Source of the DNA: Candidatus Zixiibacteriota bacterium
Lineage (GTDB): Bacteria > Zixibacteria > MSB-5A5 > DG-27
DNA length: 64,000 nt
Reading direction: 5' to 3'
Assembly (NCBI GenBank): GCA_030605835.1
Contig: JAUWHO010000001.1
Coordinates: 29,966 to 93,965 of the forward strand
The notes beneath the pieces are model-generated. The model saw only the letters and a list, made by a program, of their open reading frames with translations. It did no database searches and was not told where the DNA came from. A program made the position numbers and the translations under genes. Below are positions 27,163 through 35,390 of the stretch, in pieces; the stretch's first letter is position 1; each line of letters opens with the position of its first letter.

Positions 27163-28302
27163 GTGAGAAATGAAGTAAGCCCAAAAGCGATCTGCGTTTT
27201 TGCTCTGGCAGTTCTCTACCTGATACTTATTCGAAGTGCGCCCGCCTATTGTGAGGTACCAGTCGATTTCTTCGACCAGATTGCGGAGGAGAAAATCTGG
27301 GAGGGATTTCCGGTTATCTGGATTGCCTCCTACAGCGATCCCATGACTGGTTACGACGTCAACTGCGACAAAAACACCCGATTCAAAGGGATGGGTTTAC
27401 CCCTGCGAAAAATCGAGAAACAGGATTCGGTCTCCTATCTCTATTTCCTCAGCGGTGCTTTTCTCCTCCAGGACTTGCAGGGAGACTGGAATTACCTTTA
27501 TCGCCTGTGGGCATTTCTGAACCTCTCCGAAGATGGGAGGATACTCAAGATTGCCGCCGAAGAGGGTCCTTTCCGTTATTTGGGTTATAATCCCTCCCCC
27601 TACGATTCAGGGTATCAGTTCATGATGGTGGAGGGGAACCACTATCCTCCCACTGGTCATTCCGGTTCTATTTGGATAGATGGTCACTATCAAGAGATCC
27701 CCACTCCGGAGGTGGTCTATGAGATCTCGGCATATCATTTCGAGGGGGAAGACACCGTCAGTTTCTCTGGCGTGGCCTTAGAACCTGTTCAGATGGGGGG
27801 AATCGATTATCATCTGACCGGAGGCATAATTGAACAGGCCTCTTCCAAGATTAGGCCTCACCGGATCTTCGGCACCCTGGAATACGACGGCTCTTATCAT
27901 TTGTATTTAGAGTCGGATTACATCGATTACTGGGGGAGATATATTGGACAATACTATGGTGAGGGAGACTACTGGGACGTCCTTGTCGTGGAGGAAATTA
28001 GTCCACAGTGTCTCCGAAGAGGGGAGCTTGAGGGACAAGTCCAGCCGATGTCAGGCAACGTGTGTCCTAATCCCTTCAACGTTTCCACAACCATCAGCTA
28101 TCGGCTGCCGGTGAACAGCGAGGTAAAACTGGAAGTTTACAACCTTCTCGGGCAGAAAGTGATAACGTTGGTTGAAGAAAAACAACAGGCCGGATACAAG
28201 TCAGTAATCTGGGAAACCTCGAACATATCCTCTGGTATCTATTTCTACAAGCTGACCGCTGGGGATCTTAACGAAACCAAGAGGATGACGTTATTGAAAT
28301 AG
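27163..28302 (+). CDS. T9SS-CTD cargo protein of unknown function.
   Basis: N-terminal hydrophobic signal. C-terminal CPNPFN...IYFYKLTAGDLNETKRMTLLK. Confidence 0.7.
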   Translation: MRNEVSPKAICVFALAVLYLILIRSAPAYCEVPVDFFDQIAEEKIWEGFPVIWIASYSDPMTGYDVNCDKNTRFKGMGLPLRKIEKQDSVSYLYFLSGAFLLQDLQGDWNYLYRLWAFLNLSEDGRILKIAAEEGPFRYLGYNPSPYDSGYQFMMVEGNHYPPTGHSGSIWIDGHYQEIPTPEVVYEISAYHFEGEDTVSFSGVALEPVQMGGIDYHLTGGIIEQASSKIRPHRIFGTLEYDGSYHLYLESDYIDYWGRYIGQYYGEGDYWDVLVVEEISPQCLRRGELEGQVQPMSGNVCPNPFNVSTTISYRLPVNSEVKLEVYNLLGQKVITLVEEKQQAGYKSVIWETSNISSGIYFYKLTAGDLNETKRMTLLK

Positions 28303-28307
28303 AATTA

Positions 28308-28334
28308 GGGGGAGACGCTAACCTCGCCTCCCCC
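28308..28334. terminator. Bidirectional hairpin terminator between convergent genes.
   Basis: GGGGGAG-acgctaacctcgc-CTCCCCC, with T-rich runs on both sides. Confidence 0.4.
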
Positions 28335-28371
28335 TGAAGATATCTGTTTGCTTTGTTCCCTGGGTCGTTAT

Positions 28372-28944
28372 TCAGTTCCCAGACCGGGACCGTGACCGCC
28401 ATGGGGTTGCTGGGGCCAACGGTGCCCCCCCCCGAGTCCCCTCCATCTTCCCCATTCCCATACAGGGAGTTGCACAACCAGGACGGTCCATACAGCAACG
28501 GTGTCCCCGGCGAGCCTCTTTCATCCTCTTCATCCGCAATTCTTTGAAGGCTTGCTTCTGTTCAGTGGTGAGGATCGACATGACGTCAATTTTCGCGCCC
28601 GCTTCGTTCTTGTGAATCTTGGCCTTTAGCTGAGAGAGCTCGTCAATCTTTCTGTTGACCTTAGACTTGACGGGACTATCGGAGTGCATCAGCTCCTTGA
28701 GCTCCAGTTGGGCGATCTCCAGGTCGGCCTGCAGCTTGATGATCTGCTTCCGCGAGTCCAGATGGATGCTCTTGATCTTGTCAGTTTGAGCCTGCTCCAG
28801 ACCGATCTTTTGGGCACACTCAAGAAGCATCATCCCGTGGTGTCCTCCCGGGGGACCGCCGCAGCAATGCCTGCCTCCATAAGCCAGACCCATGAAGACG
28901 GTGATTGTGAGAACGAGGCTCAACGTCAAGGTTTTCTTCAACAT
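28372..28944 (-). CDS. Periplasmic LTxxQ-motif (Spy/CpxP family) protein with a Cys/His/Met-rich tail.
   Basis: Signal peptide, LTTEQKQAF and coiled helices. N-terminal mature CGGPPGGHHGMM and C-terminal GHRCCMDRPGCATPCMGMGKME suggest metal binding. Confidence 0.65.
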   Translation of the reverse strand: MLKKTLTLSLVLTITVFMGLAYGGRHCCGGPPGGHHGMMLLECAQKIGLEQAQTDKIKSIHLDSRKQIIKLQADLEIAQLELKELMHSDSPVKSKVNRKIDELSQLKAKIHKNEAGAKIDVMSILTTEQKQAFKELRMKRMKEARRGHRCCMDRPGCATPCMGMGKMEGTRGGAPLAPATPWRSRSRSGN

Positions 28945-29063
28945 CTCTTCCTCCTAACTTGAGTTATGGTTGAAATCATACCGTTCTTCTCTTGCCATCT
29001 CTGTTCACGAAAAAGTAAACACCTTACGCCAGACTGTCGGCTGTTTTCTTTCTCTGCGCACAT

Positions 29064-29633
29064 CTATCGCCGGTGCGGCCCTGGACCGAATCTCTGCCGC
29101 ATTTTGATATCATCAATCATACGGCAGATCTCCCGTTGAAACCGTTCCTCGAAAATGATTAGCTTCGCTTGCTGTTTGAGGCTCAGGACCTTCCCTGCTT
29201 CTCTCCGAAACTCCTCCTGAACAGCGACCATCCTTTCCCGATTCTTCACCAGCCCCGACATCAGCCTCCTGATTTCAGATTCATGCTCTGCCTCAGACTC
29301 TACCAGCTCTCCCAGCCGACGCATCATCTCCCCGCGCTGCTCCTCGAGCTTCTCCCTCTTTCCCTGAAAGTCGTTGAAAATCGGGAAAAACTTAGTGGAC
29401 TGTTCTGTGGATAGCCCTAGAAACTGGGTCATCTTCCAGATGCGCATATTCTCGATATCCCGGCGGAGCTGCTCTCTTCTCTCAGGAGAAGGTGGGGCCT
29501 GAGTTAGCTCCTCCGGAGCGGGCGGGTTTTGTGGTCGCTCCTGCAACCATCCCTCCTGAGCAAAGGAAGTCACGAAAAAGCAAAGCCAGATTGTGGCAAT
29601 CAGAAATGACCATCTTTTCGATTTCACTAACAT
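29064..29633 (-). CDS. Periplasmic LTxxQ-motif (Spy/CpxP-like) protein.
   Basis: Signal peptide. LSTEQSTKF and LSLKQQAKL repeats typical of LTxxQ periplasmic stress proteins. Confidence 0.6.
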   Translation of the reverse strand: MLVKSKRWSFLIATIWLCFFVTSFAQEGWLQERPQNPPAPEELTQAPPSPERREQLRRDIENMRIWKMTQFLGLSTEQSTKFFPIFNDFQGKREKLEEQRGEMMRRLGELVESEAEHESEIRRLMSGLVKNRERMVAVQEEFRREAGKVLSLKQQAKLIIFEERFQREICRMIDDIKMRQRFGPGPHRR

Positions 29634-30277
29634 TTCTTCACCTCCTCTGTTTTTGAGGGAAGGGCACTTATCGAGCTCTCTATTTCTTGGCTCAACATCT
29701 CTATCTCCTCCGTGGTTAAATCCTCCAGTAAAATCTCTAAGCTGACCTCTGTCGATAAGAGCTCTCCGGCCTGGAGGAGATGTTTAGCCTCGTTAGAGGA
29801 TAAAAGATCAGGAAAAACCTGCTCCCCCCCGGCGTTCATCTCTGAAAGGAGATACACTAACTCCTCCTCCGGCTCCAGATAGGGGTAGCCGGGTTTTTCC
29901 ACATATTCTAAGACGGAGGAGGGACTGTAGTTTGCAACGTAAGGGAATCTGTCAGAGAAGTTTGAAATGTTGAGAAGGATGAGGGCTAATACCACCACCG
30001 AAGCCAACGTCACAACGAATCGAGGCTTGGGATAACCGAAAAGCCAACCCCTCTCGGAGGCCTCAATTCTCTCCCGCAACGAAACCAGATACTGCGGGCT
30101 TCTAACCTCCTCCAGGGACGGTTCTGGTTCGGTCTCCAGGAGCTTAAACAGGCCTCTGTACTCTTCGAACACACCAGAACACCCCTCACATTTCTGCAGA
30201 TGGAGGCTGATTCCGGGCTCGATTTCCCCCTTCTCAATCGTCTCGAGCATTCTTTTCCTGACCTCTTCGCACTTCAT
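29627..30277 (-). CDS. Anti-sigma factor (zf-HC2-like N-terminus, single TM, periplasmic C-terminal domain).
   Basis: MKCEEVRKRM...HLQKCEGCSG, a TM segment VVTLASVVVLALILL, and a position immediately downstream of the ECF sigma gene. Confidence 0.65.
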   Translation of the reverse strand: MKCEEVRKRMLETIEKGEIEPGISLHLQKCEGCSGVFEEYRGLFKLLETEPEPSLEEVRSPQYLVSLRERIEASERGWLFGYPKPRFVVTLASVVVLALILLNISNFSDRFPYVANYSPSSVLEYVEKPGYPYLEPEEELVYLLSEMNAGGEQVFPDLLSSNEAKHLLQAGELLSTEVSLEILLEDLTTEEIEMLSQEIESSISALPSKTEEVKKC

Positions 30278-30283
30278 GCTAGT

Positions 30284-30877
30284 TCATTCCTCGCCTTCGA
30301 CGTAAGGTTTCAAGGATTCCCGCAACTTCTTTATCGCTTGATAATAGTTGGCCTTGATGGTTCCCTCCGATTTCCCCAGAAGCTCTGCCACCTCCCGGAT
30401 AGAGAGCTCCTCGTAGTGCCTCAAAATGAACACCGCCCGCTGTTTTTCCGGAAGTTTCATTACCGCCCGGTCGATGAGACCGGAAAGCTGGTCTCTCTCC
30501 AGATCCTCCGATGGAGAAGAACCCGAGGTGAATCGGTCGGAGAGGTCGGACAGAGATAGAAAGGACTTGAACTTCTCCCTTTTGGTGAAGTTGAGAGATA
30601 TGTTAACCGCGATCCGGTAGAGCCAGGTGTAGAAGTTGGATTCATGCCGAAAGCTCTTCAGGTTCTTGTAAGCCTTGATGAAGACCTCTTGAGATAAATC
30701 CAGGGCATCTTCTCTGTTTCTCACCATTCTCCAAACCAAAAGATAAATCCTTTCCCGGTAACGTTCCACCAACAAGTTGAAGCTCCTCTGTTCTCCGTCG
30801 AGGAACTGCTCGATTAACTGGCGGTCGTCACATTCACTTGCCGAAGGGATCGATTCTGACATCGCCCTCTGTTCCAC
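30284..30877 (-). CDS. RNA polymerase ECF-type sigma-70 factor.
   Basis: Region 2 (YRERIYLLVWRMVRNREDALDLSQEVFIKAY) and region 4 HTH (LSIREVAELLGKSEGTIKANYYQAIKKLRE). Confidence 0.85.
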   Translation of the reverse strand: MEQRAMSESIPSASECDDRQLIEQFLDGEQRSFNLLVERYRERIYLLVWRMVRNREDALDLSQEVFIKAYKNLKSFRHESNFYTWLYRIAVNISLNFTKREKFKSFLSLSDLSDRFTSGSSPSEDLERDQLSGLIDRAVMKLPEKQRAVFILRHYEELSIREVAELLGKSEGTIKANYYQAIKKLRESLKPYVEGEE

Positions 30878-30957
30878 AAGGTTTCGACACCGTGGAGGCT
30901 AGAAAGGTTTAATTGAAGGAGAATTTAGGAGAGGATGTTTGAAACTTGACGCTGATC

Positions 30958-31986
30958 TCAACCTCTGGGGCTCTTTATCAAGACCTTCTGGTATCCCTGA
31001 AGGTCTTCCATGACCTTTCCGGTGCCTCTGGCAACGCAGGTGAGAGGATCGTCGGCAACAATCACCGGCAGATTGGTTTCCTGTCTTAGCCTTTTGTCCA
31101 GACCTCTCAAAAGAGCTCCCCCGCCGGTGACTATAATCCCCCGGTCCAAAATGTCGGAGGAGAGCTCCGGAGGGGTGAGCTCCAAAGCCTGCCTGACCGC
31201 CTCCACGATGGCATCGACCGGCTCCGCCAGAGCCTCCCGCACCTGAACCGAGGAGAGCTTCATGGTCTTTGGCACTCCCGCGACTAAGTCTCGGCCCTTG
31301 ATCTCTATGGTTTCCTCCTCCTCCAGCGGGAAGGCCGACCCGATGGCAATCTTTATCTTCTCCGCAGTTCTCTCGCCGATCAGGAGGTTGTAATTCTTCT
31401 TCAAGTAAGAGACGATGGCTTCATCCATCTCGTCGCCGCCGATACGGATGGAGATGTTGTTCACTATCCCGTAAAGGGCGATGACCGCTATCTCTGAGGT
31501 GCCACCCCCGACGTCGATCACCATGCTCCCGGAGGGCCCCTCCACCGGCAGGCCAACCCCGATGGCGGCGGCCATCGGTTCCTGAATTAAGAACACCTCC
31601 CTGGCGCCGGCATTTTCAGCCGAATCCCTGACCGCCCTTTTTTCCACCTCCGTAATACCGGAGGGGACCGAGATGATTATCCGGGGCTTCATCAAGTATC
31701 TTTTTTTCACCACCCGGCGGATGAAATCGGACAGCAGTTTTTCGGTGATCTCGAAATCGGCGATGACTCCATCTTTGAGGGGCCTGATAGCATTTATCTC
31801 CCCCGGGGTACGACCCAGCATCTCTTTAGCAGCTCTGCCGATGGCCAAAACCTTGCCGGTTGCCACCTCCACCGCCACCACCGAGGGTTCGTCGAGAACG
31901 ATGCCGGCACCGCGCACGAAAACCAAGGTGTTCGCGGTCCCCAGGTCGATGCCAACGTCGCTAGAGAAGAAATTGAACAGTGACAT
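30958..31986 (-). CDS. mreB: Rod shape-determining protein MreB.
   Basis: [11 protein letters not shown], the actin-fold phosphate motifs, and [13 protein letters not shown]. Confidence 0.9.
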   Translation of the reverse strand: MSLFNFFSSDVGIDLGTANTLVFVRGAGIVLDEPSVVAVEVATGKVLAIGRAAKEMLGRTPGEINAIRPLKDGVIADFEITEKLLSDFIRRVVKKRYLMKPRIIISVPSGITEVEKRAVRDSAENAGAREVFLIQEPMAAAIGVGLPVEGPSGSMVIDVGGGTSEIAVIALYGIVNNISIRIGGDEMDEAIVSYLKKNYNLLIGERTAEKIKIAIGSAFPLEEEETIEIKGRDLVAGVPKTMKLSSVQVREALAEPVDAIVEAVRQALELTPPELSSDILDRGIIVTGGGALLRGLDKRLRQETNLPVIVADDPLTCVARGTGKVMEDLQGYQKVLIKSPRG

Positions 31987-32003
31987 AGTCTATTTGACCA
32001 GAG

Positions 32004-32948
32004 CTATTCTCCCAAGTATATGAATCTGTCCAGGAGGTTTACCCAGTCGCTCCATCTTTTGTCCGGCGCTGATTCGGACTCGATAATGCGGGTTACCCCG
32101 CTGACCTTGGAATCGAGCTCATCGACATAATAAAGGATAAAGGCCTCCAGGGTCTGCGGCACCACCGGGGAGCCGTTCTCCTTGCTCCCATGATGAGACA
32201 GAATCAGATGCTTCAACCGGGCTGCCAGATTCTCCGGGAAATCCTTCAACTTCTTGATTTTGTCCTGAACCATCTGGCACCCGATGGCAATGTGTCCTTC
32301 CAACCTGCCGACGTCGGAGTAGTCGAAAAAGAGAGTCCCGGTCAACTCTTCAGTCTTTCCGATGTCGTGCAAAAGGGCGCCGGTAACGAGCAGGTCGCGG
32401 TCGAGCAGTCTGTAGTGAGGCGCCACCTTTTCGCAGATTTCGGTCACCGTCAGGGTATGTTCCAAAAGCCCTCCGGTGTAAGTGTGGTGCCACAGCTTGC
32501 CTGCGGGAGCGAGCTTGAACTTGCTCAGGAAATCCTCGTCCGAGAAAACTGAATCTAGAAGAGCTTTCAGCTGGGGATTCTGCACCGCGGCAATCTTTTC
32601 TCTCAGGGAGGAGAAGAGAGCTTCAACGTTCAGCTCCCTGGAGGGAAGAAAATCCTTGGGATCGAATTCCTCAGAGAGTGCCTCTCGAACCCGCTCGAGA
32701 GTTATCTGGCGGCTGTCCTTATAAGTGCCCACTCTTCCCTTGACCTTAACCACCTCTCCCAACGGGAGACTCTCGTAGGCGTCTCTGGCCTGGTTCCACA
32801 CCACCGCCTCAATCCTGCCGGTGCGGTCGGAAAGCTCCAGCTTGAGAAAGAGGTTGCCGTTATACTCCTTTAGCTCCTTCTTCCTCAGAGCAAAAAAGTC
32901 TACGACCTCGTCGCCAACTTTGAGCTCCTTGATCCAGGAGTTTTTCAT
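32004..32948 (-). CDS. YhaM-like OB-fold plus HD-domain 3'-5' exoribonuclease or phosphohydrolase.
   Basis: N-terminal OB fold (LFLKLELSDRTGRIEAVVWN), and an HD motif H...HD (HTLTV...LLHDIGK). Confidence 0.7.
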   Translation of the reverse strand: MKNSWIKELKVGDEVVDFFALRKKELKEYNGNLFLKLELSDRTGRIEAVVWNQARDAYESLPLGEVVKVKGRVGTYKDSRQITLERVREALSEEFDPKDFLPSRELNVEALFSSLREKIAAVQNPQLKALLDSVFSDEDFLSKFKLAPAGKLWHHTYTGGLLEHTLTVTEICEKVAPHYRLLDRDLLVTGALLHDIGKTEELTGTLFFDYSDVGRLEGHIAIGCQMVQDKIKKLKDFPENLAARLKHLILSHHGSKENGSPVVPQTLEAFILYYVDELDSKVSGVTRIIESESAPDKRWSDWVNLLDRFIYLGE

Positions 32949-33102
32949 TTTGGCTAATTATCGAAAAAACTGCTTATAAGTCAAGGGGAAAATAGTCTGT
33001 TGCAGGATTGTCACCTTAGTCGCTCGCTACCTGAGAGTTCAGTCAGAGCGAATTGGTATCTGAACTGCAAACCATGTATTGTGAATCGCTGTTGTCCCTC
33101 TC

Positions 33103-33876
33103 TCACAGCTTTTCCAGGAGGAGCTGGGCAACCTTCTTGCCGCTCATCAGCATACCACCAAATATCGGTCCCATCCGGGGCGCCCCGAAGATGGCGTTAC
33201 AGGCCATCCCGGCGGCAAACACTCCCGGAAATATCTCCTTGGTATTCTCTAAAATCATGCGCTCTCCGACCTCCGCACACATCGGCCCCTCTCCCATGAG
33301 TTTGCCCGTCGGGGTCTTAAGTTCATAGCCACCCTTGTTCTGTATGATGTTGGCAATTTCAGCCGCATGCCCGGTAGCATCGACGATATATTTCGCTCTT
33401 ATGGTAATGGGATCAACATGTAACTGGGCCAAGTCCACCGCGCTCCAATTAATAACCAGGCCGTCGACTCGACCATCCGCTATTCTGACATCCTCAACGC
33501 TGAACAGATTGAAGATCCTCGCTCCTGCTTTCGATGCAACCGAACAGATACTGGACACTGCTTCGACCGAATCTGCGCAGAAATAGCCTTCCTCAAAGGG
33601 AGTAGTCTTGACTCCCAGTTCTTCGAGAATCTCTCTACCTCCGCTTTGAACAACGATCTCATTGAACATAATTCCCCCACCCCACATTCCACCGCCAAGG
33701 GAGAGCTTCCTCTCGAAAAGAACCGTCTTCTTTTTTTGCCCGGCTAAGTAGTAAGCCGCCGTCAATCCCGCCGGTCCCCCGCCCACTATGGCAACGTCGC
33801 AGCTCAAACTGTCGAGCAGTTTGGATGAGAATCTCTCAATGATCGCTCGGGAGATCTTGATGTCATCTAATTTCAC
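33103..33876 (-). CDS. thi4: Thiazole synthase, Thi4 family (sulfide-dependent type).
   Basis: DVAIVGGGPAGLTAAYYLA FAD/NAD-binding motif, ERKLSLGGGMWGGG, and overall Thi4-like length. Confidence 0.8.
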   Translation of the reverse strand: MKLDDIKISRAIIERFSSKLLDSLSCDVAIVGGGPAGLTAAYYLAGQKKKTVLFERKLSLGGGMWGGGIMFNEIVVQSGGREILEELGVKTTPFEEGYFCADSVEAVSSICSVASKAGARIFNLFSVEDVRIADGRVDGLVINWSAVDLAQLHVDPITIRAKYIVDATGHAAEIANIIQNKGGYELKTPTGKLMGEGPMCAEVGERMILENTKEIFPGVFAAGMACNAIFGAPRMGPIFGGMLMSGKKVAQLLLEKL

Positions 33877-34119
33877 TTACTCTTCCCTCCTCGTGAAGTT
33901 CTTCTTCGAACCCCCACCTCCAACACCGCCCCAAAATAATCTGCCCTGCTTGGCAGGTCAATCTCTTTGAAGTTGGATTTGTCCCCGGGTGACAGATCTC
34001 CTCGGTGCACTTTCTGTCGAGAGGCTTAATGAGAGCTGGAGGAGAGATCATTACGCCTTGATGGTGAGAGGGATTCGCCCTTGTATTGGAGCCCAAATCC
34101 CGCGCCCGGAGTGACTTTC

Positions 34120-35217
34120 TCAGCTCAAAGGCCCGGTAAGTGCCTTCCCGCTCTCCTTCTCGAAGAGATGAATTTTCGACCAGGGGAAGGAGAATATCAC
34201 CTTCTGGGCAATCGTCAATTCCCCGTAGTCCTTCCCCCTGGCGGTGAGCTGATGCTCACCACAATTGACGCGGACGACAGTTTCGTTGCCCAACTCCTCC
34301 ACCAAATCAATCTCTCCTTCGAGACTTATGGCCTCAGCAGCGGAACCAGAGAGCAAAATATCCTCTGGCCTTATCCCCAAAAGCAGTTCCCGGTCGGTGT
34401 AGTTTCTAAACACTCTGGAGATGTTTCCGGGAGGAGAGAATTGCGAAGAGGCCACTCTCAATTCCCCGGAGCCCTCGACTCTCGCGGTGAGGAAATTCAT
34501 ACCGGGATTGCCGATGAACTCCCCCACAAAGGCCTCCGCCGGGTGGCGGTAGAGTTCCAAAGGAGTTCCCATCTGTCTCAGTCTCCCCTCTTTTAAGATC
34601 GCGACCTTATCGCCTAAGGTCATGGCCTCCTGCTGGTCGTGGGTGACGTAAAGGGTAGTGGCCCTGAGTCTTCGATGCAGCTTAGAGATTTCCGCCCGCA
34701 TCTGCTGTCTCAGTTTGGCATCCAGATTCGATAGGGGTTCATCAAAGAGAAAGAGCTTCGGATCTCTGACCACCGCCCGCCCCAGGGCCACCCTCTGCCT
34801 TTGACCCCCGGAGAGGCTCCTGGGCTTCCGGGGCAATAAGTCTTTCAAACCAAGTATCTCCGCGGCCCCGTGGACCTGTTTCTGAATCTCCGCCTTGGGA
34901 AGCTTTCTCATCTTCAAAGGGAAAGACAGGTTGTCGAAGACGGTCATATGGGGATAAAGGGCATACTCCTGAAAAACCATGGCGACATCTCGATCCTTGG
35001 GAGAAAGGTCGTTTATTCTTTTGCCTTCCAGAATAATCTCACCGGAGTCGGGCCTCTCCAATCCAGCGATGATCCTGAGGATGGTTGACTTTCCGCAGCC
35101 CGAAGGACCCAGAAGGACCACAAACTCCCCCTCCTTAACCGATAGGTTGAAATCGTCGACGGCGACGATACTTCCGTCAAAGATTTTTGTCAGATTCTTT
35201 ACAGATAGTTTTTCCAT
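34120..35217 (-). CDS. ABC transporter ATP-binding protein of the MalK/UgpC type, with a C-terminal TOBE-like regulatory domain.
   Basis: Walker A GPSGCGKST, signature LSGGQRQRVALGRA, Walker B LFLFDEPLSNLD, and an H-loop. No permease or binding-protein genes adjacent. Confidence 0.85.
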   Translation of the reverse strand: MEKLSVKNLTKIFDGSIVAVDDFNLSVKEGEFVVLLGPSGCGKSTILRIIAGLERPDSGEIILEGKRINDLSPKDRDVAMVFQEYALYPHMTVFDNLSFPLKMRKLPKAEIQKQVHGAAEILGLKDLLPRKPRSLSGGQRQRVALGRAVVRDPKLFLFDEPLSNLDAKLRQQMRAEISKLHRRLRATTLYVTHDQQEAMTLGDKVAILKEGRLRQMGTPLELYRHPAEAFVGEFIGNPGMNFLTARVEGSGELRVASSQFSPPGNISRVFRNYTDRELLLGIRPEDILLSGSAAEAISLEGEIDLVEELGNETVVRVNCGEHQLTARGKDYGELTIAQKVIFSFPWSKIHLFEKESGKALTGPLS

Positions 35218-35272
35218 TCCTTTGCGAAATCACCTTCTGCCCCAGTGGTGGAGGCCACCGGGCTACCCACCT

Positions 35273-35319
35273 GTATGGTGAATTGCGAATAGTGAATGGC
35301 TAATAGTCCGCCCTACCCC
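35273..35319. repeat. Dispersed GGTAG/heptamer-periodic intergenic repeat, copy 1.
   Basis: Minus-strand reading GGTAGGGCGGACTATTAGCCATTCACTATTCGCAATTCACCAT, about 55 nt upstream of the ABC ATPase ATG. Related to the copies at 45561, 50104 and 54904. Confidence 0.5.
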
Positions 35320-35390
35320 TATTTCTTATCTCCTATTCCCAATTTCATGTCAAAATCAAATAACCACGAGGTATCGTCGTAGCAAAGTCA

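Noticed and set aside
30878-30957. ECF-type autoregulated promoter (GGAAC...GTC) upstream of the sigma factor gene.
   Set aside because: GGAAC occurs only 8 nt before the ATG, too close to be a -35 element. No properly spaced -10 partner was seen.
33877-34119. Confident TPP riboswitch call upstream of thi4.
   Set aside because: Only the CUGAGA fragment was found by eye and the pyrimidine-sensing core was not. It is kept as a low-interest finding that needs Infernal.
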